DNA of 64,000 nt from Rhodothermales bacterium (GTDB taxonomy: Bacteria > Bacteroidota > Rhodothermia > Rhodothermales > VXPQ01): assembly GCA_965223485.1 (NCBI GenBank), contig OZ244993.1, forward strand, positions 1,207,400-1,271,399, read 5' to 3'. This document shows positions 10,446-18,979 of this stretch, in pieces (position 1 is the first letter of the stretch; each line of letters opens with the position of its first letter). The translations under genes and the position numbers were made by a program. The notes beneath the pieces were generated by a model, which was given only the letters and a program-made list of their open reading frames with translations, did not search any database and was not told the DNA's origin.

Positions 10446-13400
10446 ATGGATGAATCACGCAGGCGCACCATCCGCAAATTCAATCCCGGCACGTTCCAGT
10501 CCGATGAGGAGATCATCAGGCAATTCGTGGTCAGGGAGCGCGAGCTTGGCGCCGTGCTCGATATTATCCGAAGAAACATCAATGCGTTTGTTTGCCAGCC
10601 TGTCCTGATCGCTGCGCCTCGCGGTCAGGGCAAGACCATGCTGCTGGCCCGGGTTGCGGCGGCGTTGAACACCGAGGCCGATCTCTCCAGGCGTCTTTTG
10701 CCGGTCCGGTTCACGGAGGAAAGTCACGAGATATTCAATCTTGAGGACTTCTGGCTCGAGACATTGTTTTACCTTGCGCGGGAGAGCGCCGAGCACGATT
10801 CCGAGCTCGCAAAGGAATTGCAAGAAGCGCGTGCCGATCTGGTCAGGCGGTGGGACGAGGAAGCGCTTGTCGATCACGCCCGCGCCACGGTTCTGGAAGC
10901 TGCGGACCGGTTGGGCAAAAAACTTGTCCTCATGGTCGAAAACATGCAGGACCTCTGCGAAAATGTGGACGACGATTTTGGCCAGCAACTTTGCGGGGCG
11001 CTGCAATCGGAATCGCAGATCATGCTGCTCGCCACCGCTACGAGCCGCTTCGGAGGGTTGAACGACGTGGAGCACCCGTTTTTCGAGTTGTTCCGAACTA
11101 TTGATCTGAAACCGCTGGATACGGAAGAATGCCGCCGCTTGTGGCAAGTGGTCAGCGGAGACGAAGTGAACAGGCGGGATATCAGGCCGCTTGAGATTCT
11201 GACCGGCGGCAGTCCTCGCCTTCTGGTCATCGTCGCCGGGTTTGCCCAGCACCGGTCTTTGAGCCAGTTGATGGAAGAGCTGGTGCAGTTGATCGACGAT
11301 CATACCGAGTATTTCCGCGGTCATCTGGAGGCGCTGGCCAAGACCGAACGCCGGGTGTATCTCGCGGCGATCGATCTTTGGCAGGCGTCAAGCACGGGCG
11401 AGATCGCGACGCGGGCCCGCGTGGACGTTCGGACGGTGTCGGCCCTGCTTGGCCGACTCGTCGACCGGGGCATGGTCCGTGTGGATGGGAGCGGCAAGAA
11501 GCGGCTTTACGCCGCTGCGGAACGTCTTTACAGTATCTACTACAAACTGCGCCGCGAACGAGACGAGGCGGCTGTTGTGAGCGGTCTGATCCATTTTATG
11601 GTTGCGTTTTACAGCGAAGAGGAAATGGCCGAGAGGGTTAAAAAGTTGATTGCAGAGGCGAAGCGATTTCCAGGTATCCGGAAGGGCATTGAACGGGCGA
11701 TTGCCGAAGCGCCGTACATCGGGAGCTTTTTCCCGGGTATTGCGCGGCCAAAGATGGATCGGGTGTTCGTCCTGGATACGGCGTGCGGCAACGAGCGCGT
11801 CGAACGATTGCTCGAAGAGATTGCCGTGATGTTCCAAAAGGCGGAAACGCACAAGAAAGCCGGAGATTTCGCGGCGGCGATTATGGTCTATCGCGAGTTG
11901 ATCATGCGATTCGGCGCCAGTGAAGACCCGGATTTGCAGATGCAGATCGCCCGGGCGTTGTCCGACAAGGGGGATGCGCAAAGGGAACTCGGCGATTTCG
12001 CAACGGCAATTGCGACGTACGAAGAACTGATCGAGCGTTTTGGCGACAGCGAAGCGCCGGAATGCCAGTTTGCGGTTGTTTTGGCGTTGTCCGACAAGGG
12101 GGATATACAGAGGGAGCTTGGCGATTATCCATCGGCGATTGCGACCTATGAAAACTTGATCGAGCGCTCTGGCGACAGCGAAGCGCCGGAATGCTTGTAT
12201 TCGGTTCCCTGGGCATTACTTCACAAGGGGAATATGCACAAGGAACTCGGCGATTTCGCATCGGCGATTGTGTCTTACGAAGCGTTGATCAAGCGCTTTG
12301 GCGCCAGCGATGCACCGGAAAGCCGGTTCCCGCTTGCTTGGGCGTTGTGTCAGAAGGGAGATATGCAAGAGCAACTCGGTGATTTGGAGGGTGCGATTGT
12401 GACCTATGATGAAGTGATTGCATGTTTTGGCGGCAGCGACGCTTCGGAACTTCAGGTGCGCGTAGCCTGGGCGCTGTCTCAAAAGGGAGATATCCACCAG
12501 GAACTTAACGATTTTGATGAGGCGCTTGCGGTTTACGATGAAGTGATCGAGCGCTTTGGCGGTAGCGATGTCCCGGAACTCCAGGCGCTGGTTGCCAGCG
12601 CGTTGTCCGGTAAGGGATATATATTCGGACATCCGTTCGGAGATGATGCCTTGGCGCTTGCGGCCTACGACGAGTTGATTATGCGTTTTGGCGACAGCGA
12701 TGCGCCGGATATTCAGGAGCGGATCGCCTGGGCCTTGCACCAAAAGGGGATTTTTCAAGGGCAGCTTGGGGATTTCATGTCGGCGCTGGTCGTCTATGAC
12801 AAGATGATCGCACGTTTTGGCGGCAGCGAATCGCTTGAGATCCAGGCTTTGGTTGCCTGGACCTTGTTCGAGAAGGGAGATGTCCAACGACAACTTGGAG
12901 ATTATCCATCGTCGATTGCTGCCTGCAATGAAATTGTCATGCGCTTTGGCGATAGTGGTGCACAGGATCTCCAGATGCCGGTTGTTTGCGCGTTGTTCGA
13001 TAAGGGTATGAGACAACTGGAGATGGGGCATGGGGAGGAAGCGCTGCGCACACGTGAGGAGTTTGCCCGGCGATCCGGATCCCTGACCGATTTTTCGAAG
13101 GCAGGCTGCGCACTGCGGGCAATATGGATGCGCCCGGGATCATTACCGATACAAGGCCATCCCGAGATTGCTGCGGATGTATTGCAGTTTGTGTATATGT
13201 TGTTCGTGCCCGGTGAAAGGACAATGGTGGCAATGATGCAGCACATTGTGCTTGATCTGATCGCAGTTGGCGTCCCGGCGCATGAACTTGTCGAGATATT
13301 GTCGAGCGACGCCATGAAGGCCAGCGCGTTGACGCCGCTTGTCATTGCTCTCCTCCAGTATGCTGGCGAAGCGGTTCGGGCGCCTGTGGAAGTCCTTGAA

Positions 13401-13553
13401 GTTGCGGCGGATATCCGGGAGCGGATTGAGGAAAGGATGGCGGGAGGCGTTGGCACTGATTTTCCGCTGTTTCGCGGAACCGGACTCATACCCGGCGTGG
13501 ACCTGAGCGATTCGGCTTCCCCGTCCGACCTCATGGAGGAGGATCGGGAATGA
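10446..13553 (+). CDS. STAND/Arch_ATPase-like NTPase with winged-helix segment, nine 43-aa helical (TPR-like) repeats and a C-terminal helical domain
   Basis: 1035 aa. FVVRERELG lead-in, Walker A APRGQGKT (aa 57-64), Walker-B-like KLVLMVEN (aa 159-166), and a wHTH-like segment (VSALLGRLVDRGMVRVDGSGKKRLY). Repeats start at aa 482, 525, 568, 611, 654, 697, 741, 784 and 827. Confidence 0.8.
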   Translation: MDESRRRTIRKFNPGTFQSDEEIIRQFVVRERELGAVLDIIRRNINAFVCQPVLIAAPRGQGKTMLLARVAAALNTEADLSRRLLPVRFTEESHEIFNLEDFWLETLFYLARESAEHDSELAKELQEARADLVRRWDEEALVDHARATVLEAADRLGKKLVLMVENMQDLCENVDDDFGQQLCGALQSESQIMLLATATSRFGGLNDVEHPFFELFRTIDLKPLDTEECRRLWQVVSGDEVNRRDIRPLEILTGGSPRLLVIVAGFAQHRSLSQLMEELVQLIDDHTEYFRGHLEALAKTERRVYLAAIDLWQASSTGEIATRARVDVRTVSALLGRLVDRGMVRVDGSGKKRLYAAAERLYSIYYKLRRERDEAAVVSGLIHFMVAFYSEEEMAERVKKLIAEAKRFPGIRKGIERAIAEAPYIGSFFPGIARPKMDRVFVLDTACGNERVERLLEEIAVMFQKAETHKKAGDFAAAIMVYRELIMRFGASEDPDLQMQIARALSDKGDAQRELGDFATAIATYEELIERFGDSEAPECQFAVVLALSDKGDIQRELGDYPSAIATYENLIERSGDSEAPECLYSVPWALLHKGNMHKELGDFASAIVSYEALIKRFGASDAPESRFPLAWALCQKGDMQEQLGDLEGAIVTYDEVIACFGGSDASELQVRVAWALSQKGDIHQELNDFDEALAVYDEVIERFGGSDVPELQALVASALSGKGYIFGHPFGDDALALAAYDELIMRFGDSDAPDIQERIAWALHQKGIFQGQLGDFMSALVVYDKMIARFGGSESLEIQALVAWTLFEKGDVQRQLGDYPSSIAACNEIVMRFGDSGAQDLQMPVVCALFDKGMRQLEMGHGEEALRTREEFARRSGSLTDFSKAGCALRAIWMRPGSLPIQGHPEIAADVLQFVYMLFVPGERTMVAMMQHIVLDLIAVGVPAHELVEILSSDAMKASALTPLVIALLQYAGEAVRAPVEVLEVAADIRERIEERMAGGVGTDFPLFRGTGLIPGVDLSDSASPSDLMEEDRE
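11853..13055 (+). repeat. intragenic array of ~129-bp (43-aa) repeats
   Basis: Unit consensus is Y(D/E)E(L/V)I.RFG.S(D/E)AP..Q..VA.AL..KG..Q..LGD...A.. The array lies inside the ATPase CDS. Confidence 0.85.
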
Positions 13554-13666
13554 CGGACGCACGCTTCGAGGGATTGCACTGGAGATCCCTGGGCGGCTTG
13601 CAAGCAGTTGAAAAAGATTTTCCTGATTTTTAGTACGCGTTCCCTGTTAACCGAGCTCTTCGGAGT

Positions 13667-14674
13667 ATGATCGAAAAACCGCCATACGCGATTACAGCGG
13701 ACATTCTTTTCCTCGTTGAACGCATCGGCGAAGCGATCGGCCGGGCGGAGGCAGCGGGCGTCTCGCGCAATGTCCGCCTGCGACGAACCAATCGCATCCG
13801 TACGATCCGGGGCTCTCTGGCTATAGAAGGCAATATCCTCAGCGAGGAGGAAATTTCCTCGATCCTCGACGGCAAGCCCGTTGCCGCCCCGCTGAAAGAT
13901 ATTCAGGAGGCCCGCAACGCTATTAAGGCCTATGACCAATATCGGCAGTGGGATCCCGCCAGCGAGGCCGATCTGCTGCAAGCTCACCGGATCCTGATGG
14001 CCGGATTGCTGGATGCGCCCGGACAGTATCGCCGCACCGGCGTTGGCGTTATGGGTAGTGGGGTAATTCATCACATCGGCCCGCCCGCCGAGTATGTACC
14101 GCAACACATGGCGAATTTGCTGGCGTGGCTTGGCGATGCCGATGAGCACCCGCTCATCGCCAGTTCGGTCTTTCATTACGAATTCGAGTTCATTCACCCT
14201 TTTGAGGATGGCAACGGACGAATGGGGCGGCTTTGGCAGACGCTGATTCTGACCCGCTGGAAATCCCTGTTCGCCAGTATTCCCGTAGAGAGTCTGGTTC
14301 ATGCTCGCCAGGACGATTATTACAGAGCCATCAGGCAGAGTTCGGCGGCGGGAGCGAGTACGTCGTTCATTGAATTCATGCTGGAGATTATTCTGGAGGC
14401 CCTCCGGGCTTCCGGGGTGAGCGACCAAGTAAGCGATCAGGTAAGCGACCAGGTAGCACAGTTGATCGCCGCCTTGCGGACAGGTTCGAAATCCGCTGCT
14501 GAACTTATGGCGGCAATAGGGCTATCGCATCGCCCTACCTTTCGTAAAAACTACCTCCGCCCGGCAATGTCCGCGGGGCTGGTGGAAATGACGCGCCCCG
14601 AATCGCCCACGGCGAAGAACCAGAAGTATCGGTTGACGGTTAGGGGGAGGGGGGTTTTGGAGGCGCAAACGTGA
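13667..14674 (+). CDS. Fic family protein (class II, N-terminal inhibitory motif) with C-terminal wHTH
   Basis: 335 aa with Fic motif HPFEDGNGRMGRLW, inhibitory motif SLAIEG ([ST]xxxE[GN]), and a C-terminal KYRLTVRG-type winged helix. Confidence 0.9.
   Translation: MIEKPPYAITADILFLVERIGEAIGRAEAAGVSRNVRLRRTNRIRTIRGSLAIEGNILSEEEISSILDGKPVAAPLKDIQEARNAIKAYDQYRQWDPASEADLLQAHRILMAGLLDAPGQYRRTGVGVMGSGVIHHIGPPAEYVPQHMANLLAWLGDADEHPLIASSVFHYEFEFIHPFEDGNGRMGRLWQTLILTRWKSLFASIPVESLVHARQDDYYRAIRQSSAAGASTSFIEFMLEIILEALRASGVSDQVSDQVSDQVAQLIAALRTGSKSAAELMAAIGLSHRPTFRKNYLRPAMSAGLVEMTRPESPTAKNQKYRLTVRGRGVLEAQT
14417..14455 (+). repeat. 3 x 12-bp in-frame tandem repeat (VSDQ)3 inside Fic1
   Basis: gtgagcgaccaa / gtaagcgatcag / gtaagcgaccag, located between the Fic core and the C-terminal wHTH. 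Confidence 0.9.
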
Positions 14675-14888
14675 GTCAGGGCTAAGTGTGGCGTGCCAGA
14701 GCAGAATCGGTACCGGCTGCTCAGTGTAACCTGATTCCGGATGCCTGATTCATTGATTTCTGTTCAAACTTATGCTATTCTTGCGGCATGACATGTCTTG
14801 GAGTTGACTGCGATTACCATAACTTGCGCTACTTCGAGATGACCCCTGAATGTGCGCAGACCTTCATCATGAAAGGAGGAGGTACTCT

Positions 14889-15101
14889 ATGAAAATAAAG
14901 ATCGAGAAGGAGTGGTGTCTCCGAATGGCGGAGATTGAGGAGGATGCCGAGATCGGAGTTGGCTGGGACTCCCTTGATTACGTTCTGACAACCCTTGCGC
15001 CATTTCCACCAGCATCGGGAGATGATGATCCATCAGAAAGCGATAGTTCGCTTTCGTGTGCGACAGAACGGGATGAGCGTGCAGGTACACGCGGGTGCTG
15101 A
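14889..15101 (+). CDS. small hypothetical protein (possibly truncated)
   Basis: GGAGG sits 7 nt upstream of the ATG. The first ~30 aa (MKIKIEKEWCLRMAEIEEDAEIGVG) look protein-like; the rest is low complexity. Confidence 0.3.
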   Translation: MKIKIEKEWCLRMAEIEEDAEIGVGWDSLDYVLTTLAPFPPASGDDDPSESDSSLSCATERDERAGTRGC

Positions 15102-15119
15102 CTTTGATGATCTTGTAGA

Positions 15120-15239
15120 TCACGTTCCATACACAAACTCCTCCCCGATCTCCCATCTCCCCTTCTCGCAGAAAACCGGAACGGTCCGGCGCGCAGTTGC
15201 GTTGGTGGTAGCAGTTGCCTTACTCACGAGGATGCCGCG
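15120..15239 (-). pseudogene. orphan 3' fragment of a Fic-associated C-terminal HTH (paralog of the Fic2 3' end)
   Basis: It encodes ..ATARRTVPVFCEKGRWEIGEEFVYGT*, compared with Fic2 ..NAARRQTIPAFRERGVWKIGEEFVYGARDA*. 15127-15151 matches 18996-19020 at 24/25 nt. No Fic core lies upstream. Confidence 0.7.
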
Positions 15240-15391
15240 GGTCTTGGGCGCTGTGGCGTTGTATATCGGTGTTGAACATCCGCTTCTACAGAATTCTTTT
15301 TTCTCGTCATTTGCATTGCAATCCTCGTTCAAAAAGATTACTATAAGTAGCGTAACGATTCTTGTGCCGGGAGCTTTCAAGGGGAGAGATA

Positions 15392-17137
15392 ATGAGTGAG
15401 GTCCGTCAACTACGCTCCGTAAAGCGTTATCGTACTACCACCGAAGAAAAGGCCGCAGGGGCTACCTACACGCCTAAAGTCCTTGCCGATTTTGTTGCGC
15501 GGAAGGTTGTCCAGCTTGCCGGCGAACTGCCCACCCATCGCCGGCTCCGCGTTCTCGACCCTGCTATCGGCCATGGAGAACTGCTAATCAGCTTGCTCGA
15601 GGGCTTAGCCGGCCAGTCGAACCTGACCATCGAAGTGCATGGTTTCGAGACGAATCGCGAGGCGCTTGCTACCGCAACGGCGCGAATCGAGCGACAATTC
15701 CCGAACGCTTCGCTTCATTTCAGGCCAGACAACTTCCTCGAGTTCGTCCTAAAGCACTGCGGATACGGCGGTCAAAGCAACCTGTTCAATTCCGCCGCCC
15801 CCGAAACCTATGATCTGATTATTGCTAATCCCCCCTATGTCCGCACCCAGATCATGGGGGCCGCACAGGCGCAGCTTATGGCCAGACAGTTCGGTCTGTC
15901 CGGTCGCGTGGATATGTATTACGCCTTCATGCTGGGTATATCTCACGTACTCGAGCCCAAGGGCATTGCCGGGATCATCGTCTCCAACCGCTTCATGACC
16001 ACCAGGTCCGGGGCCGCTGTTCGGCAAGCCTTGCTGAAGCGTTTCGACATTCGGCATGTATGGGATTTGGGCGATACGAAGCTATTCGATGCGGCAGTGC
16101 TGCCCGCCGTTTTGCTCGTCGAGAACAAGAATGGCCGTACATCGAAGTCCCCGGCCTTCACGTCAATCTATCAAACCACCGACCCGGTGCGCCAACGCGC
16201 CACGGACCCGATCAGCGCCCTGACCGGAGAAGGCGTCGTCGAGATAGACGACGGGCGACGTTTCCATGTCCGGCATGGCAAGCTGGATACAAGCGGCACG
16301 TTCAATGGCGTTTGGCGGATTGCCACCGAAGCTGTCGATGCCTGGTTAGCCACAGTGGAAGCTCATAGTTTGGGCACGTTCCGTGACATCGGCAAAATCC
16401 GTGTCGGCGTCAAGACCTGCGCCGACAAGGTGTTCGTCCAAAACGACTGGAAGAGCATGTCTGAGGCTGACCGTCCCGAATTGCTCAAACCGCTCACAAC
16501 GCACCACATTGCCCGTCGCTTCAAGCCACTGATTGCGGAGAAGCCAACCCGAATTCTCTACCCGCACGAGGTTTCGCACGGCCGCCGTCGGGCCGTCGAT
16601 CTTGCGCAATATCCCCGCAGCAAGACCTATCTCGACACGCATCGCGCCACGCTCGAAGGCCGCCAATATGTTACCGAGGCAGGTCGCGAGTGGTACGAAA
16701 TCTGGGTGCCCCAGGACCCCGATGCCTGGCAGCGGCCCAAACTCGTTTTCCGGGACATTGCCGACGAACCCACGTTCTGGATCGATCTGGACGGATCCGT
16801 CGTCAACGGCGACTGTTACTGGCTCACCTGTCAGAATCCGGAACAGACCGACTTGTTATGGCTCGCAGCGGCCGTCGGTAATTCGACGTTCATTGAGCGA
16901 TTCTACGATTACCGCTTCCATAACAAGCTCTATGCGGGTCGCCGTCGCTTCATCACCCAGTATGTCGAGAAATTCCCGATCCCCGACCCCGAAACCTCTC
17001 TCGGCAGGAAGATTATCGCTCAGGCCAAGCGGATATACGAATGCATCTCGTTCCCGGATGTCGTCCATCTCCAAAAGGAACTGGACGGCATGGTTTGGGA
17101 GTCGTTCGGTTTAGTCGTCGAAGAAATCGGCGGGTAG
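15392..17137 (+). CDS. N6-adenine DNA methyltransferase (type II, gamma-class, Eco57I/TaqI-like)
   Basis: Motif I VLDPAIGHGELL, motif IV IIANPPYVRTQ. AGGGGAGAG precedes the ATG at 15392. Confidence 0.9.
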   Translation: MSEVRQLRSVKRYRTTTEEKAAGATYTPKVLADFVARKVVQLAGELPTHRRLRVLDPAIGHGELLISLLEGLAGQSNLTIEVHGFETNREALATATARIERQFPNASLHFRPDNFLEFVLKHCGYGGQSNLFNSAAPETYDLIIANPPYVRTQIMGAAQAQLMARQFGLSGRVDMYYAFMLGISHVLEPKGIAGIIVSNRFMTTRSGAAVRQALLKRFDIRHVWDLGDTKLFDAAVLPAVLLVENKNGRTSKSPAFTSIYQTTDPVRQRATDPISALTGEGVVEIDDGRRFHVRHGKLDTSGTFNGVWRIATEAVDAWLATVEAHSLGTFRDIGKIRVGVKTCADKVFVQNDWKSMSEADRPELLKPLTTHHIARRFKPLIAEKPTRILYPHEVSHGRRRAVDLAQYPRSKTYLDTHRATLEGRQYVTEAGREWYEIWVPQDPDAWQRPKLVFRDIADEPTFWIDLDGSVVNGDCYWLTCQNPEQTDLLWLAAAVGNSTFIERFYDYRFHNKLYAGRRRFITQYVEKFPIPDPETSLGRKIIAQAKRIYECISFPDVVHLQKELDGMVWESFGLVVEEIGG

Positions 17138-18004
17138 CGGAATCTGTATTTTCCAGTTCGACAAATTGCCCTGAAACTGCGGGAATCGTGAGAAAAACTT
17201 CGCACCCGTTGTTAGGAAGAAGTGTGTCAGCGTGACAATTTCTCCATCCGTCGTTGCATAGAACAGAGCATAGCGAACATCGCAGTGCCGGATATGCTGG
17301 CCACTAATCTTCGGCACATCAAGGGCTTCTTCGCTATCCGGACACACAAGGCCGAGGTCTATCGTCGGCGATGTCTGTAATTTCACTTCAAGAAGCTGAT
17401 GTAGTATATCCGGGAATTGCCCATCGTCCCGGTAATCGGCGTAGCCCAAACGCTGGCATACCAACCGGTGCAAGGCTGCCCCCCGGTTGCGTTCCTGGTC
17501 ATGGCCTGCATCTGGAAAGCTTTCGCCGATCAGGGCCTGTAACCCTTCAAAAATATGCTCGATTGGCAATAGTTTTCCTGCTTCAGGATAGCTGACCGGA
17601 TCCGATGTAATAGATTCAAGGTTGGTTTTGGGCCTGACAACGTGTCGGAGACGCTCCGTATCCTCTGTAGCAATTAGCTCCACGCTGCTTTCGCTAGGAA
17701 TGATCCGGGCCTGATATTTATGAGTTAGTGCGCCCGTGGTATCAAATTGCGCCAGGACATTTCCAGTGACGACTTTCACCTTAGTGATGGTGTCATTCTT
17801 GCCAAGTCGGATGATCACGTAGCGCCGTACAAGGGTAATCTCCTCATTCCAAATCTGTAAATTGTTGGATTTCTGGATGTAGGTGTCAAAAAGTTGGCCC
17901 GGAAACCGAGGGTGTGTTTTCTTGAAACTTGACGGCGCCGGATAACCGAGTGCTTGACAAATCCGTTCCTTGTACGAATCCGGTCCATTGTCGTTAGTTA
18001 CCAT
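17111..18004 (-). CDS. type II restriction endonuclease (PD-ExK)
   Basis: 297 aa with FPDILHQLLEVKLQ, a PD..(E)xK pattern. It converges on and overlaps the methyltransferase by 27 nt, and its start overlaps the C-protein gene. Confidence 0.65.
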   Translation of the reverse strand: MVTNDNGPDSYKERICQALGYPAPSSFKKTHPRFPGQLFDTYIQKSNNLQIWNEEITLVRRYVIIRLGKNDTITKVKVVTGNVLAQFDTTGALTHKYQARIIPSESSVELIATEDTERLRHVVRPKTNLESITSDPVSYPEAGKLLPIEHIFEGLQALIGESFPDAGHDQERNRGAALHRLVCQRLGYADYRDDGQFPDILHQLLEVKLQTSPTIDLGLVCPDSEEALDVPKISGQHIRHCDVRYALFYATTDGEIVTLTHFFLTTGAKFFSRFPQFQGNLSNWKIQIPLPADFFDD

Positions 18005-18278
18005 CTTCGAACGCTTTCCTGGTCAAGAGCTTTGGGACATCCGTTCCAAGTGCCGCAGCCAGAATCTCCAGCGTACTTAGCGTGGCATTCCTTTCTCCTC
18101 TCTCCAGCGAACCCACATAAGTCCGGTGGAGACTGCATATTTCGGCAAATTTTTCCTGGGATATGTCCCTGGACTTTCTGTAAGCGCGGATATTGTCTGC
18201 AAGAATTTGTCTCAACTCCGCGCTTGGAGTTCTAAGTTTTTTGTTGCCCACTTCCCTCTGGTAGTGTTCTGAAAACAC
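17994..18278 (-). CDS. HTH XRE-family controller (C) protein of the RM system
   Basis: 94 aa with LRQILADNIRAYRKSRDISQEKFAEICSLHRTYVGSLERGERNATLSTLEILAAAL. Its 3' end overlaps the endonuclease start by 11 nt, the classic C-R operon arrangement. Confidence 0.8.
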   Translation of the reverse strand: MFSEHYQREVGNKKLRTPSAELRQILADNIRAYRKSRDISQEKFAEICSLHRTYVGSLERGERNATLSTLEILAAALGTDVPKLLTRKAFEDGN

Positions 18279-18306
18279 GAATATTCAACAGGTTATTGAA
18301 GATGAT

Positions 18307-18324
18307 GCCTATAAGTCTACACAC
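18307..18324 (-). promoter_or_regulatory. candidate C-box operator
   Basis: The minus strand reads GTGTGTAGACTTATAGGC ~30-45 nt upstream of the C-gene start, resembling the TGTGACTTATAGTC-type C-boxes of C.AhdI/C.Esp1396I. Confidence 0.4.
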
Positions 18325-18472
18325 AAAGAGTAGCATAGCGGCTCGGCGCCACAGGTTGTACCGCATCCAATTCTGTCCATGCCAGCGCCAATGTTCCATG
18401 CAGTGCGCAACGTAATGGGTATGTTCCGTAGCGTATATCCTTTTCTCTTGCCCTCATCGTTTGAACCACAGA

Positions 18473-18868
18473 TCATGAGTCATCAAGTTGGATGATCTGT
18501 ACGATCTTCTTCGCCAGGTTCTTGAAATCCCGGCGAGCGTCATTGGCCGCTGCCGCGTGGCTGCCAATGGCGCCGTCTGCCGCGGTAAGGTGAAAAATGG
18601 GCTTGCGGGCTTCCTTGGCCATCGGGACCAGACTCCGATAGTGTTTTACGGTGGCGAGGGCGTGTTCTTCATCTTCCGCCGGCATCGCGGGATACGGTCC
18701 TTCTTCGTCGCCGAGCAAGTTGCGGGCGTATTCTTCCGGCATGAGATTGAACCACTCGTTAAGGGCCCTGATAGGGCGGGTCAGGCGGAAGCCGTGTTGT
18801 TGCACCACATAACCGACGGGTTGCATCCTTCCGTCCGGCAATGGAAAATCCGGTTGTGCCGACGCCAC
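18473..18868 (-). CDS. hypothetical protein, downstream partner of Fic2
   Basis: 131-aa ORF on the same strand, 111 nt after the Fic2 stop. I recognise no motif. Confidence 0.5.
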   Translation of the reverse strand: MASAQPDFPLPDGRMQPVGYVVQQHGFRLTRPIRALNEWFNLMPEEYARNLLGDEEGPYPAMPAEDEEHALATVKHYRSLVPMAKEARKPIFHLTAADGAIGSHAAAANDARRDFKNLAKKIVQIIQLDDS

Positions 18869-18979
18869 TCTTGTTGTTGAAGAAGGTCAAAACGGGAACG
18901 CTCATCTTTCTGCTCCTCCAGGTTTTGTTTGCCCTTTATTGCTGCCGACCTGAAAATACTGCCGAGATTGACAGCGGCG

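Noticed and set aside
11853-13055. Periodic repeats here and at 21711-23430 considered as CRISPR-like arrays
   Set aside because: Both lie inside long ORFs with protein-level repeat consensus (43-aa helical repeats, 42-aa WD40). There is no repeat/spacer alternation and there are no cas genes.
15040-15115. Tyrosine recombinase gene fragment (IIKVSTRVYLHAHP on the minus strand)
   Set aside because: It is too short and degenerate to call as a feature, so it is mentioned only as a weak hint in the RM-cassette finding.
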